Below are positions 27,544 to 36,915 of a stretch of DNA of 56,700 nucleotides, piece after piece. The DNA is taken from positions 1 to 56,700 of the forward strand of contig JAGVNC010000019.1 in the NCBI GenBank assembly GCA_020053475.1. The letters run 5' to 3'. The notes beneath the pieces are model-generated. The model was given only the letters and a program-made list of their open reading frames with translations. It did not search any database and was not told the origin of the DNA. Within the stretch, counting starts at the first letter, position 1. Each line of letters starts with the position of its first letter. This DNA is from Candidatus Omnitrophota bacterium (GTDB lineage: Bacteria > Omnitrophota > Gorgyraeia > Zapsychrales > Zapsychraceae). The position numbers were made by a program, and so were the translations under genes.

Positions 27544-28047
27544 GTGAATAAGGTCAGAGTTTTCTTTCTAGGATTAAGTTTTGTGTTCTTATTAACGTCG
27601 ATGTCATTGGCACAACAGGCAGGGAAAATTGCCTATGTCAATTTAAGCCGTCTTTTCGATGAATATTCCAAAACCAAGGAATACGATAAAGTGCTTGAGT
27701 CGAAGCATGCTGATTTTGAGAAACAGCGTAATGCGAAAATTGAACAGATCCGCGAAGCTCAGGGGAAATTAGCCCTGCTCAAGGAAGATAAAAAGGCGGA
27801 ACTGGATCAAGGCATTGAAAAAATGAAAGCCGATTTGCTCGAATACGATCGTCAGCAAAAGCAAGACTTGACCAAAGATCGTAATGAAAAGATCCGCGAA
27901 ATTCTTCTCGAGATCGAAAAGATCGTCAGTACTTACGCTAAAGAGCAAAATTATGATTATATCCTCAATGACCGGGTCCTCATTTACGGAAATCCGGCGC
28001 AGGATAAGACAGAGGATGTGTTAAAGATTCTCAACACCGCCAAGTAA
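27544..28047 (+). CDS. skp: OmpH/Skp periplasmic chaperone
   Basis: Signal peptide plus a coiled-coil of about 150 aa, positioned between bamA and lpxD. Confidence 0.8.
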   Translation: MNKVRVFFLGLSFVFLLTSMSLAQQAGKIAYVNLSRLFDEYSKTKEYDKVLESKHADFEKQRNAKIEQIREAQGKLALLKEDKKAELDQGIEKMKADLLEYDRQQKQDLTKDRNEKIREILLEIEKIVSTYAKEQNYDYILNDRVLIYGNPAQDKTEDVLKILNTAK

Positions 28048-28058
28048 TTAGGGATGGA

Positions 28059-29099
28059 ATGCAAAAAACCTTATCCCAGATAGCTCAAATTGTCAAGGGC
28101 GAGGTGGTGGGCGATGAGAATCTGATCATAACAGGCTTAAGCGGGATCCAGGAAGCCCAGTCAGGCGACTTGACGTTTATTGAAAACGAGAAGTACCTGC
28201 CTTTAGTCCAACACACCAAGGCTTCTGCCCTCATCACTCCTCGTCATTTCGAATGCCCGGGGAAGTCCATTGTCCGGACGGAAAACCCTACCCTTGCATT
28301 TTCAGCATTGATCGGTGTTTTTGTGAAGCCTGAACTTTCCTTGTTTAAGGGAATTCATCCCACAGCCCTTATTGGGAAAAAAGTTGATTTAGGCCAAAAT
28401 GTGACGGTAGGCCCTTACACGGTGATTGAGGATCACGGCCGTATCGGTGAGAATACCGTCATTTCGGGAGGATGCTATGTCGGGCATCATACAACAATCG
28501 GCAACAACTGTCTTTTGTATCCTCACGTCAGTGTTCGAGAATACACGCAAATCGGCGACCGCGTCATGATTCATAGCGGCAGCGTTATTGGTTCGGATGG
28601 GTTTGGTTATACGCAAGTCAACGGGAAGCACCAGAAAATCCCTCAAATCGGGATTGTCTTCATCGAAGATGACGTCGAGATCGGTGCGAATGTCACGATT
28701 GATCGCGCCCGTATCAATAAAACGGTGATTGGCCGCGGGACAAAAATTGATAATTTGGTCCAAATCGCCCACAATGTGATTGTCGGGGAAGATTGTATTA
28801 TCATTTCTCAGGTGGGCATTTCAGGCAGTGTGAATATCGGCAAGGGTGTCATTTTGGCCGGCCAGGTGGGTATTGCCGGGCATCTGTCGATCGGCGAGGG
28901 AGCGATTATCGCCGCGAAATCAGGAATTCATAAATCTGTCCCGCCCCATACACAAATTTTTGGTTACCCGGGCCAACCGATGGATAAGGCCAGAAAAATT
29001 AATGCGTGTATTCAACGGCTGCCGGATTATGTCAAAAAGATCCAGGAGTTACAAAAGAAAATCGAAGCGTTAGAAAAGAAAATTTATTCCTCCGATTAA
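28059..29099 (+). CDS. lpxD: UDP-3-O-acylglucosamine N-acyltransferase
   Basis: N-terminal LpxD domain followed by hexapeptide repeats, in canonical genomic context. Confidence 0.9.
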   Translation: MQKTLSQIAQIVKGEVVGDENLIITGLSGIQEAQSGDLTFIENEKYLPLVQHTKASALITPRHFECPGKSIVRTENPTLAFSALIGVFVKPELSLFKGIHPTALIGKKVDLGQNVTVGPYTVIEDHGRIGENTVISGGCYVGHHTTIGNNCLLYPHVSVREYTQIGDRVMIHSGSVIGSDGFGYTQVNGKHQKIPQIGIVFIEDDVEIGANVTIDRARINKTVIGRGTKIDNLVQIAHNVIVGEDCIIISQVGISGSVNIGKGVILAGQVGIAGHLSIGEGAIIAAKSGIHKSVPPHTQIFGYPGQPMDKARKINACIQRLPDYVKKIQELQKKIEALEKKIYSSD

Positions 29100-29113
29100 C
29101 GATTTCCCTAATA

Positions 29114-30442
29114 ATGATGAAACAAAAAACCATTAAAAATGAATTTACCCTTTCCGGCGTCGGGTTGCATACCGGTTCACAGGGGCATGTCCGATTTAAA
29201 CCGGCCGGTGTTAATGCAGGCATCACGTTTATCCGTGTGGACCTGCCGGGGAAGCCGGTCATTAAGGCAGATCCCACCAATGTCTTCGATGAAGAAAAAA
29301 TTTCGCGTTGCACGACAATCGGCAAGGGGGAAGCCAGCATCCATACCATCGAGCATTTAATGGGCGCCTTGGCGGGGCTGGGGATCACAAATCTTACGGT
29401 CGAGATCGACGCCAATGAAGTCCCCGGGCTTGATGGCAGTAGCCTCGAATTTGTCAAGGCGTTGCACAAGGCCGGCATCGTGGAACAAGATGAACTTGGC
29501 GATGTGTTTGCCATCAATGAACCGATCGGCGTTGAACGCAACGGAGCTTCGATTTACGCTTTCCCGTCGGAGGATTTCAAAGTGTCCTATGCGTTGGACT
29601 ACCCTCATTCAATCTTGGGTGTCCAGTATTTCAGCCGCACCATTACTCAAGAGACGTTTGAAAAAGAAATTGCTCCTTGCCGGACGTTTTGTTTGGAATC
29701 GGAAGCTCAAGAACTGAAAAAACAAGGGCTGGGCCAAGGGGCGAATTATCAAAATACATTAGTCGTCGGGGAAAAGGGCGTCATTGACAATCAACTGCGC
29801 TTCGCGGACGAATTTGTCCGTCATAAGGTCCTCGACTTGGTTGGGGATTTATATTTATTGGGTGTCCCTCTCAAGGGGCATTTTTATGCGGTCAAAAGCG
29901 GCCATCGCCTGAATATCCAGTTGTTGCAAAAAATTCATCACCTGAAAAGGAAAATGGACCGCAAGGCCTGTTGCATTGAGGTTTGCTTGGCGGGGAAAAA
30001 AGAAATTGATATCAAAATGATTATGGACATTTTGCCCCACCGGTATCCTTTTTTGCTCGTCGATCGCGTTTATGAAATAGAAGCAGGCCATAAGGCGGTC
30101 GGGATTAAGAATGTCACGATCAATGAGAGCTTTTTCCAGGGGCATTTCCCGACGCGTCCTGTCATGCCTGGGGTCCTCATGGTGGAGGCGATGGCTCAGA
30201 CGGCCGGGGTTCTTATCTTGACGAGCAAAGCGCATCAGGGTAAATTAGCGTTCTTTATGGCGGCGGACAACGTCAAATTCAGAAAGGTTGTTGCGCCGGG
30301 CGATCAATTGGTCATGGAAGTGGAATTGTTGAAAGACAAAGCCAGGACAGCCCAAGTTTACGCCCAAGCCAGGGTCGGGTCAGAAATCGTCGCTCAAGCC
30401 GAGATGGTCTTTTCGTTCGGTGACGATTCCTATTTAGCGTAA
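29114..30442 (+). CDS. lpxC: Bifunctional LpxC deacetylase / FabZ dehydratase
   Basis: The LpxC part has [18 protein letters not shown] and [10 protein letters not shown]. The FabZ part has [13 protein letters not shown] and FFQGHFP..PVMPGVL. Start placed at the ATG at 29114, after the lpxD stop. Confidence 0.9.
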   Translation: MMKQKTIKNEFTLSGVGLHTGSQGHVRFKPAGVNAGITFIRVDLPGKPVIKADPTNVFDEEKISRCTTIGKGEASIHTIEHLMGALAGLGITNLTVEIDANEVPGLDGSSLEFVKALHKAGIVEQDELGDVFAINEPIGVERNGASIYAFPSEDFKVSYALDYPHSILGVQYFSRTITQETFEKEIAPCRTFCLESEAQELKKQGLGQGANYQNTLVVGEKGVIDNQLRFADEFVRHKVLDLVGDLYLLGVPLKGHFYAVKSGHRLNIQLLQKIHHLKRKMDRKACCIEVCLAGKKEIDIKMIMDILPHRYPFLLVDRVYEIEAGHKAVGIKNVTINESFFQGHFPTRPVMPGVLMVEAMAQTAGVLILTSKAHQGKLAFFMAADNVKFRKVVAPGDQLVMEVELLKDKARTAQVYAQARVGSEIVAQAEMVFSFGDDSYLA

Positions 30443-30493
30443 CCTATAAAATTGATTCCCTCAGCACGTATTTTCGATTAGAATAAGGTATCG

Positions 30494-31279
30494 ATGGAAA
30501 ATATTCATGTTCATAAAACCGCCATTATTCACTCGGGAGCTCGAATTTCTCCGGGCGTAAGTATCGGCCCCTACTCCATCATTGAGGAGAATGTGTCGTT
30601 AGGCGATAATGTTCGGGTGGGGAGCCACTGCGTCATTACCGGCCAAACCACGATCGGCGCCAATTGCAAAATTTATACGTCTGCTGTCGTCGGAAGTGCT
30701 CCACAAGATAAGAAGTTTTCGGCGGACGACAACGTCTTTTTAAACATCGGCGAAAATAATGTGATCCGTGAATTCGTCACGATTAATCCGGGAACTGTTG
30801 AAGGGGGCGGGAAGACCGTCATCGGCAACAATAATCTCTTGATGGCCTACTGCCACATCGCCCACGATTGCATTGTCGGCAACAATTGCATCCTGGCAAA
30901 TGCCGCCACATTGGCCGGCCACGTCATTTTGGAAGATAGCGCGATCATCGGAGGCTTTAGCGGGATCCATCAGTATTGTCGGTTAGGCCGATTATGTATC
31001 GTCGGCGGTTACTCCAAAGCGGTGCAAGATGTTCCGCCTTTCTCCATGGTTGACGGCCATCCGGCGAAAGTGGTGAACATCAATGCCCTCGGACTCAAGC
31101 GTGCCCAATTTTCGTTGGAAAAAATCCGGGAGCTCAAAAAAGCGTTCCGGATTCTTTTTCATTCCGGGTTGTCCAAGACCAACGCTTTAGAGCGTCTGAC
31201 CAAAGAAGTCGCGATGTCCCCGGAAATTGAGCATTTGATATTTTTCGTCAAAACGACCAAGCGCGGACTTTGCAGTTAA
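30494..31279 (+). CDS. lpxA: Acyl-ACP--UDP-GlcNAc O-acyltransferase
   Basis: Hexapeptide-repeat beta-helix plus a C-terminal helical domain (NINALGLKRAQFS). Confidence 0.9.
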   Translation: MENIHVHKTAIIHSGARISPGVSIGPYSIIEENVSLGDNVRVGSHCVITGQTTIGANCKIYTSAVVGSAPQDKKFSADDNVFLNIGENNVIREFVTINPGTVEGGGKTVIGNNNLLMAYCHIAHDCIVGNNCILANAATLAGHVILEDSAIIGGFSGIHQYCRLGRLCIVGGYSKAVQDVPPFSMVDGHPAKVVNINALGLKRAQFSLEKIRELKKAFRILFHSGLSKTNALERLTKEVAMSPEIEHLIFFVKTTKRGLCS

Positions 31280-31296
31280 TCCTTAGTTCTCATCCC

Positions 31297-32106
31297 ATGG
31301 AATCTCCCACAATCGGACTGATCGCAGGAAGAGGCAAATTCCCATTCCTATTTGCCCATCAAGCCAGAGCCCAAAAACGGCGTGTTGTCACCGCCGCTAT
31401 TTGTGGCGATACATCGATCTTTTTAAAATTTTTTGTCGATCAATGGGCCTGGTTTAAGGTCGGAGAGTTGACGAAGTTATTGGAATATTTTAAAAAGACA
31501 GGTGTTCGCCAGGTCATCATGGCCGGGTATGTCAAGCCGGAAAATCTGTTTGACCCCAACGTGACGTTCGATCCTTTGTCGCAGAAAATTCTTGATGGGC
31601 TCGACAATCAAAAAACGGACACTCTCTTAAGTGCCGTGGCTGAGAAATTCAACGAACATGGGTTGGAGCTTATGGATTCAACCCTTTTGTTAAAAGAATT
31701 TCTGGCTCCCAAAGGCACGCTTACCCGTCGAGGACCAACACTGGTTGAGTTGGATGATATTGCGTTTGGAAAAGAAATCGCCAAGGGGATGGGTGGCTTG
31801 GACGTGGGGCAAACAGTTGTTGTGAAAGAAAAAACAATCATCGCCGTGGAAGCGATGGAAGGCACCGACCGCACGATTATTCGGGCGGGAACAATGGCGC
31901 AAGGCCGCGCGGTGGTGGTCAAAATGAGTAAACCTCAGCAAGATCTGCGTTTTGATGTTCCTGTCATCGGCCCCAAAACCATCCGCACCATGATCAAGTC
32001 GGGTGCTAGTTGCTTGGCAGTTGAAGCCGGCAAAACATTCATCATCGATCGACCTCTCTGCATCAAACTGGCTGATAAAGCCGGAATCTGTATTCTTGCA
32101 GCTTAA
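31297..32106 (+). CDS. lpxI: UDP-2,3-diacylglucosamine diphosphatase LpxI (DUF1009)
   Basis: IGLIAGRGKFP, DVGQTVVVKEKTIIAVEAMEGTDRTIIRAG and KP.QD.RFDVPVIG. Confidence 0.85.
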   Translation: MESPTIGLIAGRGKFPFLFAHQARAQKRRVVTAAICGDTSIFLKFFVDQWAWFKVGELTKLLEYFKKTGVRQVIMAGYVKPENLFDPNVTFDPLSQKILDGLDNQKTDTLLSAVAEKFNEHGLELMDSTLLLKEFLAPKGTLTRRGPTLVELDDIAFGKEIAKGMGGLDVGQTVVVKEKTIIAVEAMEGTDRTIIRAGTMAQGRAVVVKMSKPQQDLRFDVPVIGPKTIRTMIKSGASCLAVEAGKTFIIDRPLCIKLADKAGICILAA

Positions 32107-32141
32107 TCCATTTTAATTAAATAAATTTATATTAGCAGGAA

Positions 32142-32296
32142 GAACGACGGGGCCTGCCGCTCGATATTCCCCATCCGTGCTCGCATTGGCTGCGCACGGA
32201 TGGGGAGGCCCCTTCTCGTCCCTTGAAATCGTAAAACGATTTCAGGGATTTAATCCTGAGAAATGTGAACATTTCTCAGGACGTCACCCGTCGTTC
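32142..32296. repeat. Nested palindromes: 10-bp closing helix enclosing three hairpins (cloverleaf-like, about 155 nt)
   Basis: gaacgacggg (32142-51) pairs with cccgtcgttc (32287-96). Inside are three hairpins: a 12-bp stem ccccatccgtgc/gcacggatgggg; gaaatcg-taaaa-cgatttc; and gagaaatg-tgaa-catttctc. Confidence 0.75.
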
Positions 32297-32310
32297 CAAA
32301 CAATGTGAGT

Positions 32311-32396
32311 TTCAGCGGGTGGCCGGAAACGGGGTGCCCCAATGGCGCGCAGGTAACGAGCACCATTGGGGCTGTTTCCGGACAGGACCCGCTGAA
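32311..32396. repeat. 86-nt three-segment hairpin (28 bp paired)
   Basis: Three paired segments: ttcagcgggt/acccgctgaa, ccggaaac/gtttccgg and gccccaatgg/ccattggggc. Confidence 0.75.
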
Positions 32397-32438
32397 GAAA
32401 GATCTCTCTTATAAAGCCATTTTGACCAACCTCTTTTA

Positions 32439-32467
32439 TTGACACATTTCGGCTTTTTCTATATAAT
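32439..32467 (+). promoter_or_regulatory. Consensus sigma70 promoter for lysS
   Basis: TTGACA, a 17-nt spacer, then TATAAT, read exactly, 55 nt upstream of the lysS ATG. Confidence 0.65.
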
Positions 32468-32521
32468 TAAATGTCTTTTAATAATATTAATATTACATAT
32501 TAACTATATAAGGCGGGATTG

Positions 32522-33967
32522 ATGGAAGTTGATGAAATCAAAAAAGTTAGGTTAGAAAAGCTTAAGCAGCTTAAAGAAGATCTCAAGATTGCGCCTTACG
32601 GTGGTAAATTTGAAGTTTCTTCCAATATCATCCAGACCCTCGATAATTTCACTGAGGAAAAAGACGTGCGCCTTGCCGGCCGCCTCGTTGGGAACCGCAG
32701 CCATGGGAAAGTGATGTTTGGCGATTTGCAAGACCAGACCGGACGGATTCAGCTTTTTATCAAGCTTGAAGACAAAGATTCGAAGATTTTTAGGATCTGT
32801 AAATCGTTAGATATCGGGGACATTATCGGTGTCATCGGGAACCTGTTTATTACCAAAACGGGTCAAAAAAGTGTCCGCGTGAAGGAGATCGTTTTTTTAT
32901 GCAAGTCGCTGATGAGCCTTCCCGAGAAATGGCACGGATTAAAAGATGTGGAAGTGCGTTACCGCCAACGTTACGTTGACCTGATCGCGAACGAAGAAGT
33001 GCGCACTTTGTTCATGAAGCGAAGCCACATTGTGACAGCGATCCGTTCGTATTTGGATGAACGCAAATTTTTGGAAGTGGAAACGCCCATGCTTCAGCCC
33101 ATGGCGGGAGGAGCTCGCGGCCGGCCGTTTAAGAGTAAACACAATGCCTATGACTTGGAAGTTTTTTTGCGCATCGCACCGGAACTGTATTTAAAAAGAC
33201 TTCTCGTCGGCGGATTTGAACGCGTGTATGAAATCAATCGCAACTTTCGTAATGAAGGAATCTCCACACGGCATAACCCTGAGTTTACGATGCTGGAAGT
33301 GTATCAAGCGTACGCCAATTATGAAGACATGATGACATTAACCGAAGAGTTAATTTCCGGATTGGCCAAGGACGTGACGGGGTCTTACAACGTGAACTAC
33401 CAAGGCCAGGAAATTGATTTTACGCCCCCCTGGGGACGCCGCTCCTTTGCCAACATCATCAAAGAAAAATTTGATATTAATGCAACGGACAGCGCCTCAA
33501 CGATGCTTGAGAAGGTCAAGGCCAAGCGAAAAGAAAAGTTTAAATTAGAAAAATTGACGCGCTCGGGGGTCATGAAAATCGTCGAAGAGATGCTGGAAGA
33601 GGAAAAGATCATGAATCCCGTCTTTTTTATTGATTATTTTGCGTTTTTAAGCCCGCTCGCGAAAACAAGGCCCGATAACGACGCGGTTGCCGAACGGTTT
33701 GAATGTTTTATCGGCGGGATGGAAATCGCCAACGCGTATTCCGAGCAGAACGATCCGATTGTCCAGCGCAAAAAATTGATGGAAGATCTGGATGACGATG
33801 TGGAGACAGGTAATCGTGCCGTTGACGAAGATTTTTTGACCGCGTTGGAATACGGGATGCCGCCAGCCGGTGGGCTGGGGATCGGGATCGATCGGTTGGT
33901 GATGCTTCTAACGGATTCGCCGTCAATTCGTGATGTGATTTTGTTTCCGTTGTTGAAACCGCTTTAA
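32522..33967 (+). CDS. lysS: Lysine--tRNA ligase (class II)
   Basis: N-terminal OB domain, YRQRYVDL, class II motifs FRNEG and GLGIGIDRLVMLLT. Confidence 0.9.
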   Translation: MEVDEIKKVRLEKLKQLKEDLKIAPYGGKFEVSSNIIQTLDNFTEEKDVRLAGRLVGNRSHGKVMFGDLQDQTGRIQLFIKLEDKDSKIFRICKSLDIGDIIGVIGNLFITKTGQKSVRVKEIVFLCKSLMSLPEKWHGLKDVEVRYRQRYVDLIANEEVRTLFMKRSHIVTAIRSYLDERKFLEVETPMLQPMAGGARGRPFKSKHNAYDLEVFLRIAPELYLKRLLVGGFERVYEINRNFRNEGISTRHNPEFTMLEVYQAYANYEDMMTLTEELISGLAKDVTGSYNVNYQGQEIDFTPPWGRRSFANIIKEKFDINATDSASTMLEKVKAKRKEKFKLEKLTRSGVMKIVEEMLEEEKIMNPVFFIDYFAFLSPLAKTRPDNDAVAERFECFIGGMEIANAYSEQNDPIVQRKKLMEDLDDDVETGNRAVDEDFLTALEYGMPPAGGLGIGIDRLVMLLTDSPSIRDVILFPLLKPL

Positions 33968-33970
33968 GAT

Positions 33971-34095
33971 GGTCGTAAGGTTAAGGGTTTGGAGGCGAGT
34001 ATAGTTTTAGGGTTTGGTTCTTAGGCAAAAATTTAGCCTAACCCCCAAAACTTATGACCATACTCGTTTCTAAGCCTTATACCCTAAACCCTTTA
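33971..34095. repeat. Long imperfect palindrome, G/T-rich arm then A/C-rich arm
   Basis: The centre is ttaggc-N9-gcctaa. agtttt.ggg pairs with cccccaaaact, and cgagtat pairs with atactcg. AGGGTTT/AAACCCT heptads recur in the arms. Confidence 0.65.
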
Positions 34096-34099
34096 AAAA

Positions 34100-35293
34100 A
34101 TGCACTACGAAGATTGGATCAGTTACCGTTATTTGACAGCGAAGAAAAGCCGCTTTCTTTCGTTTCTTAATTTTATTTCGGTGGCCGGGGTGGCAATCGG
34201 GGTTATGTCATTGATTGTCGTCATCGGGGTCATGGCAGGCTTCGGCAATAATTTGCGGGAAAAAATCGTCGGCACGACACCGCACATTATGATCGAGAAA
34301 GAAATCGGCATTCGCGATTTTGCCAAGATCGAAGACAAAGTCAACACCGTTGACGGCGTGACCAGTGTTTCGGCGTACATCCAGGGAAATATTTTTCTGG
34401 AATCCAACGGCCAAGCCATGGGGGTTGTGGTGCGCGGGATCCAGACGACAAAAGAGGATTCCGTCACTCGCGTGAAACAGTATTTAGTCGACGGAAAAAT
34501 GGATGACTTGCGCGGGGACGGCATTGTCATCGGCAAAGAACTGGCGCGCTATTATGGATTTAAACTGGGAGATCAGGTGTCGTTGATTTCTCCCGGAGCC
34601 GGGATGGCGGGCCAGGCGTGGCGTTATCCGTTAACAATCGCGGGGATTTTTAAAACAGGGATGGCGGATTTCGACATGAATTTGGTCGTCGTGGATTTGG
34701 CCAAGGCCCAACAACTGTTTAATTTAGATCCTAATGAAGCGACAGGCATCGGTGTTAAGGTTAAGGATGTGTATCAGGCTGAAGCGATTAAGACAAAACT
34801 CTATGAACTGTTGGGGTATGGATTTTTGATCCGTACATGGATCGATATTAACCGCAACTTATTTGAAGCGCTGTTTTTGGAAAAATGGGGATTGTTTATT
34901 ATTTTGACGCTGATGGTCATTGTGGCGTCGTTTAATATTATTAGCACCTTGATTGTCACGGTCACCAGCAAGATCCATGACATCGGGATTTTGCAGGCGA
35001 TCGGCGTCCCTCGAGCATCGATCCGAAAAATTTTTACGAAACAGGGCATGTTGATCGGGGTGACAGGGATTTTTTGGGGATTGGCCAGCGGGTTTGGGGT
35101 CTGTTATATCCTCAAAACATACATTCAAGTGCCGGCGGAAATTTATTCGATTGACCACGTTCCGGTGGACATTCAGTTGTCAGATACGATCGCCATTGTC
35201 GTTGCGGCCTTTGTGATCAGTTATTTGGCCACGATTTATCCGGCGAGCCGGGCGGCTAAATTGCAGCCTGTCGAAGCCCTTCGGTACGAATAA
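34100..35293 (+). CDS. lolC: Lipoprotein-releasing system permease LolC/LolE family
   Basis: MacB-like FtsX permease: N-terminal TM, periplasmic domain, then 3 C-terminal TMs ending PVEALRYE. Confidence 0.85.
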   Translation: MHYEDWISYRYLTAKKSRFLSFLNFISVAGVAIGVMSLIVVIGVMAGFGNNLREKIVGTTPHIMIEKEIGIRDFAKIEDKVNTVDGVTSVSAYIQGNIFLESNGQAMGVVVRGIQTTKEDSVTRVKQYLVDGKMDDLRGDGIVIGKELARYYGFKLGDQVSLISPGAGMAGQAWRYPLTIAGIFKTGMADFDMNLVVVDLAKAQQLFNLDPNEATGIGVKVKDVYQAEAIKTKLYELLGYGFLIRTWIDINRNLFEALFLEKWGLFIILTLMVIVASFNIISTLIVTVTSKIHDIGILQAIGVPRASIRKIFTKQGMLIGVTGIFWGLASGFGVCYILKTYIQVPAEIYSIDHVPVDIQLSDTIAIVVAAFVISYLATIYPASRAAKLQPVEALRYE

Positions 35294-35299
35294 CATTAG

Positions 35300-36004
35300 G
35301 TGGATTCATTGATTCTTGAAGCGCTCAACATTCATAAATCGTACGGTGACGCGAATAGCAAGCTGCATGTGTTAAAAGGTGTTGATTTGACGATTACGCC
35401 GGGTGAATTTTTGACGATTATCGGGCCTTCAGGCGCGGGGAAGTCGACACTGCTGCACATTTTGGGTGGATTGGATGTTCCCGATCAAGGAACAGTGTCG
35501 ATCGAAGGCCAAGATATTTACCGGTTGAAAGACGACCAGCGAGCGAGGTTGCGCAACGAAAAGATCGGATTTGTGTTTCAGTTTTATCATCTTCTCCCGG
35601 AATTTACGGCATGGGAAAATGTGGCCCTGCCGATGATCGTTAAAGAAGATTATCGGGACATCAAGCGTTCTAAGGACCAGGCGCTCGCTCTTTTAGGCCG
35701 CGTCGGATTGTCAGCCCGCGCCATGCATAAGCCGCAGCAGTTATCCGGCGGCGAGCAGCAGCGGGTGGCGATCGCCCGGGCACTCATTAACCAGCCGCGG
35801 ATGATTGTTTGCGATGAGCCGACAGGAAATTTGGATTCAGCCAGCGGGCAGGAGGTTTTACGTTTACTGATGACGCTCAATCAAGAGAACCATCAAACAT
35901 TGGTCGTTGTGACCCATGATGAGCGCATCGCAGAAGTGTCGCATCGCAGTATTCATATGCGCGACGGATCTTTAGTTTCGGCAACAGTCAAACAGGAGCA
36001 ATAA
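35300..36004 (+). CDS. lolD: Lipoprotein-releasing system ATP-binding protein LolD
   Basis: Walker A GPSGAGKST, signature LSGGEQQRVAIARAL, Walker B MIVCDEPTGNLD. Confidence 0.85.
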   Translation: MDSLILEALNIHKSYGDANSKLHVLKGVDLTITPGEFLTIIGPSGAGKSTLLHILGGLDVPDQGTVSIEGQDIYRLKDDQRARLRNEKIGFVFQFYHLLPEFTAWENVALPMIVKEDYRDIKRSKDQALALLGRVGLSARAMHKPQQLSGGEQQRVAIARALINQPRMIVCDEPTGNLDSASGQEVLRLLMTLNQENHQTLVVVTHDERIAEVSHRSIHMRDGSLVSATVKQEQ

Positions 36005-36868
36005 ATGAAAATATATTTAAACGGTCAATTTGTGGAAAAACATGAAGCCAAAGTGTCAGTGTTTGACCATGGGCTCCTTTATGGAGACGGGGCATTTGAA
36101 GGGATCCGTTCGTACAACAGCCTTGTTTTTAAATTAAAGGAACATGTGGCCCGTCTTTACGAAACGGCACACACGCTCATGATCAAGATCCCTCTCACGC
36201 GCCAACAGATGATGAACGCGGTTGTGGATACGCTTAAAGCCAACAATCTCAAAGACGCTTATATCCGGGTGGTCGTGACGCGCGGGGAAGGCGACCTCGG
36301 CCTTGATCCCAGAAAATGTAAAGGGCAGGCAAATATTATAATAATTGCGGATAAAATTACGCTTTACGCGAAGGAATTGTATAATAAGGGCATGGAAATT
36401 ATCACGGTTCCGACGCCTCGCAATTCGCCGGAAGCGATCAATCCTTTGCTCAAATCGCTCAATTATTTGAACAATATTCTGGCCAAAATCGAGGCCAACA
36501 ATGCCGGATATTCGGAAGCGATCATGCTCGACCATTTAGGGTACGTGGCCGAATGCACCGGCGATAATATTTTCATCGTGAAAAAGGGTGTTTTGTCGAC
36601 ACCCAGCCAAGGACGGTTGGAAGGAATTACGCGCGATGCGGTATTGGCGTTGGCTCAAAAAAATAAGATCGAAACGAAAGAATGCTTGATAACTCGCCAT
36701 GAAGTGTATACGGCGGATGAATGTTTCTTAACCGGCACGGCGGCGGAAATTATCCCTGTCGTGAAGGTGGACGGCCGCGTGATTGGCGAGGGAACGCCGG
36801 GGCCGGTCACCAAAAAAATGATGAAAATGTTTCATGAAACAACAGCTAAAGATGGTGTGAGATATTAA
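36005..36868 (+). CDS. ilvE: Branched-chain amino acid aminotransferase (fold type IV)
   Basis: Contains DHGLLYGDG.FEGIR.Y, the catalytic-Lys region and EGITR; 287 aa. Confidence 0.85.
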   Translation: MKIYLNGQFVEKHEAKVSVFDHGLLYGDGAFEGIRSYNSLVFKLKEHVARLYETAHTLMIKIPLTRQQMMNAVVDTLKANNLKDAYIRVVVTRGEGDLGLDPRKCKGQANIIIIADKITLYAKELYNKGMEIITVPTPRNSPEAINPLLKSLNYLNNILAKIEANNAGYSEAIMLDHLGYVAECTGDNIFIVKKGVLSTPSQGRLEGITRDAVLALAQKNKIETKECLITRHEVYTADECFLTGTAAEIIPVVKVDGRVIGEGTPGPVTKKMMKMFHETTAKDGVRY

Positions 36869-36873
36869 AATAG

Positions 36874-36890
36874 AGTGATCAGTGATCACT
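36874..36890. promoter_or_regulatory. 17-bp perfect palindrome AGTGATCA-G-TGATCACT upstream of mcsA
   Basis: It can also be read as a tandem heptad GTGATCA GTGATCA. It lies 26 nt upstream of the mcsA ATG and is a candidate operator. Confidence 0.5.
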
Positions 36891-36915
36891 GAACACTTTA
36901 ATCAGGGAATTCATC

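Noticed and set aside
29114-30442. LpxC-FabZ fusion as a novelty
   Set aside because: Bifunctional LpxC/FabZ proteins are already annotated in several diderm phyla, so this was recorded as a feature only. The ORF-track N-terminal extension from 29006 lies inside lpxD and was trimmed.
32142-32396. RNase P RNA, tmRNA, SRP RNA or 6S RNA in the lpxI-lysS spacer
   Set aside because: The region lacks the diagnostic motifs: no GGAAAGUCC/ACAGAAA for RNase P, no tRNA-like ends or tag ORF for tmRNA, and no apical GGAA domain-IV loop for SRP. It is also not a single long bulged hairpin as in 6S RNA. Two of the sub-hairpins belong to a dispersed repeat family.
33981-34093. Telomere-like TTTAGGG / CCCTAAA repeats
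   Set aside because: Only a few degenerate copies are present, forming the arms of an intergenic palindrome in a bacterial chromosome. The resemblance to plant telomeric repeats is coincidental.
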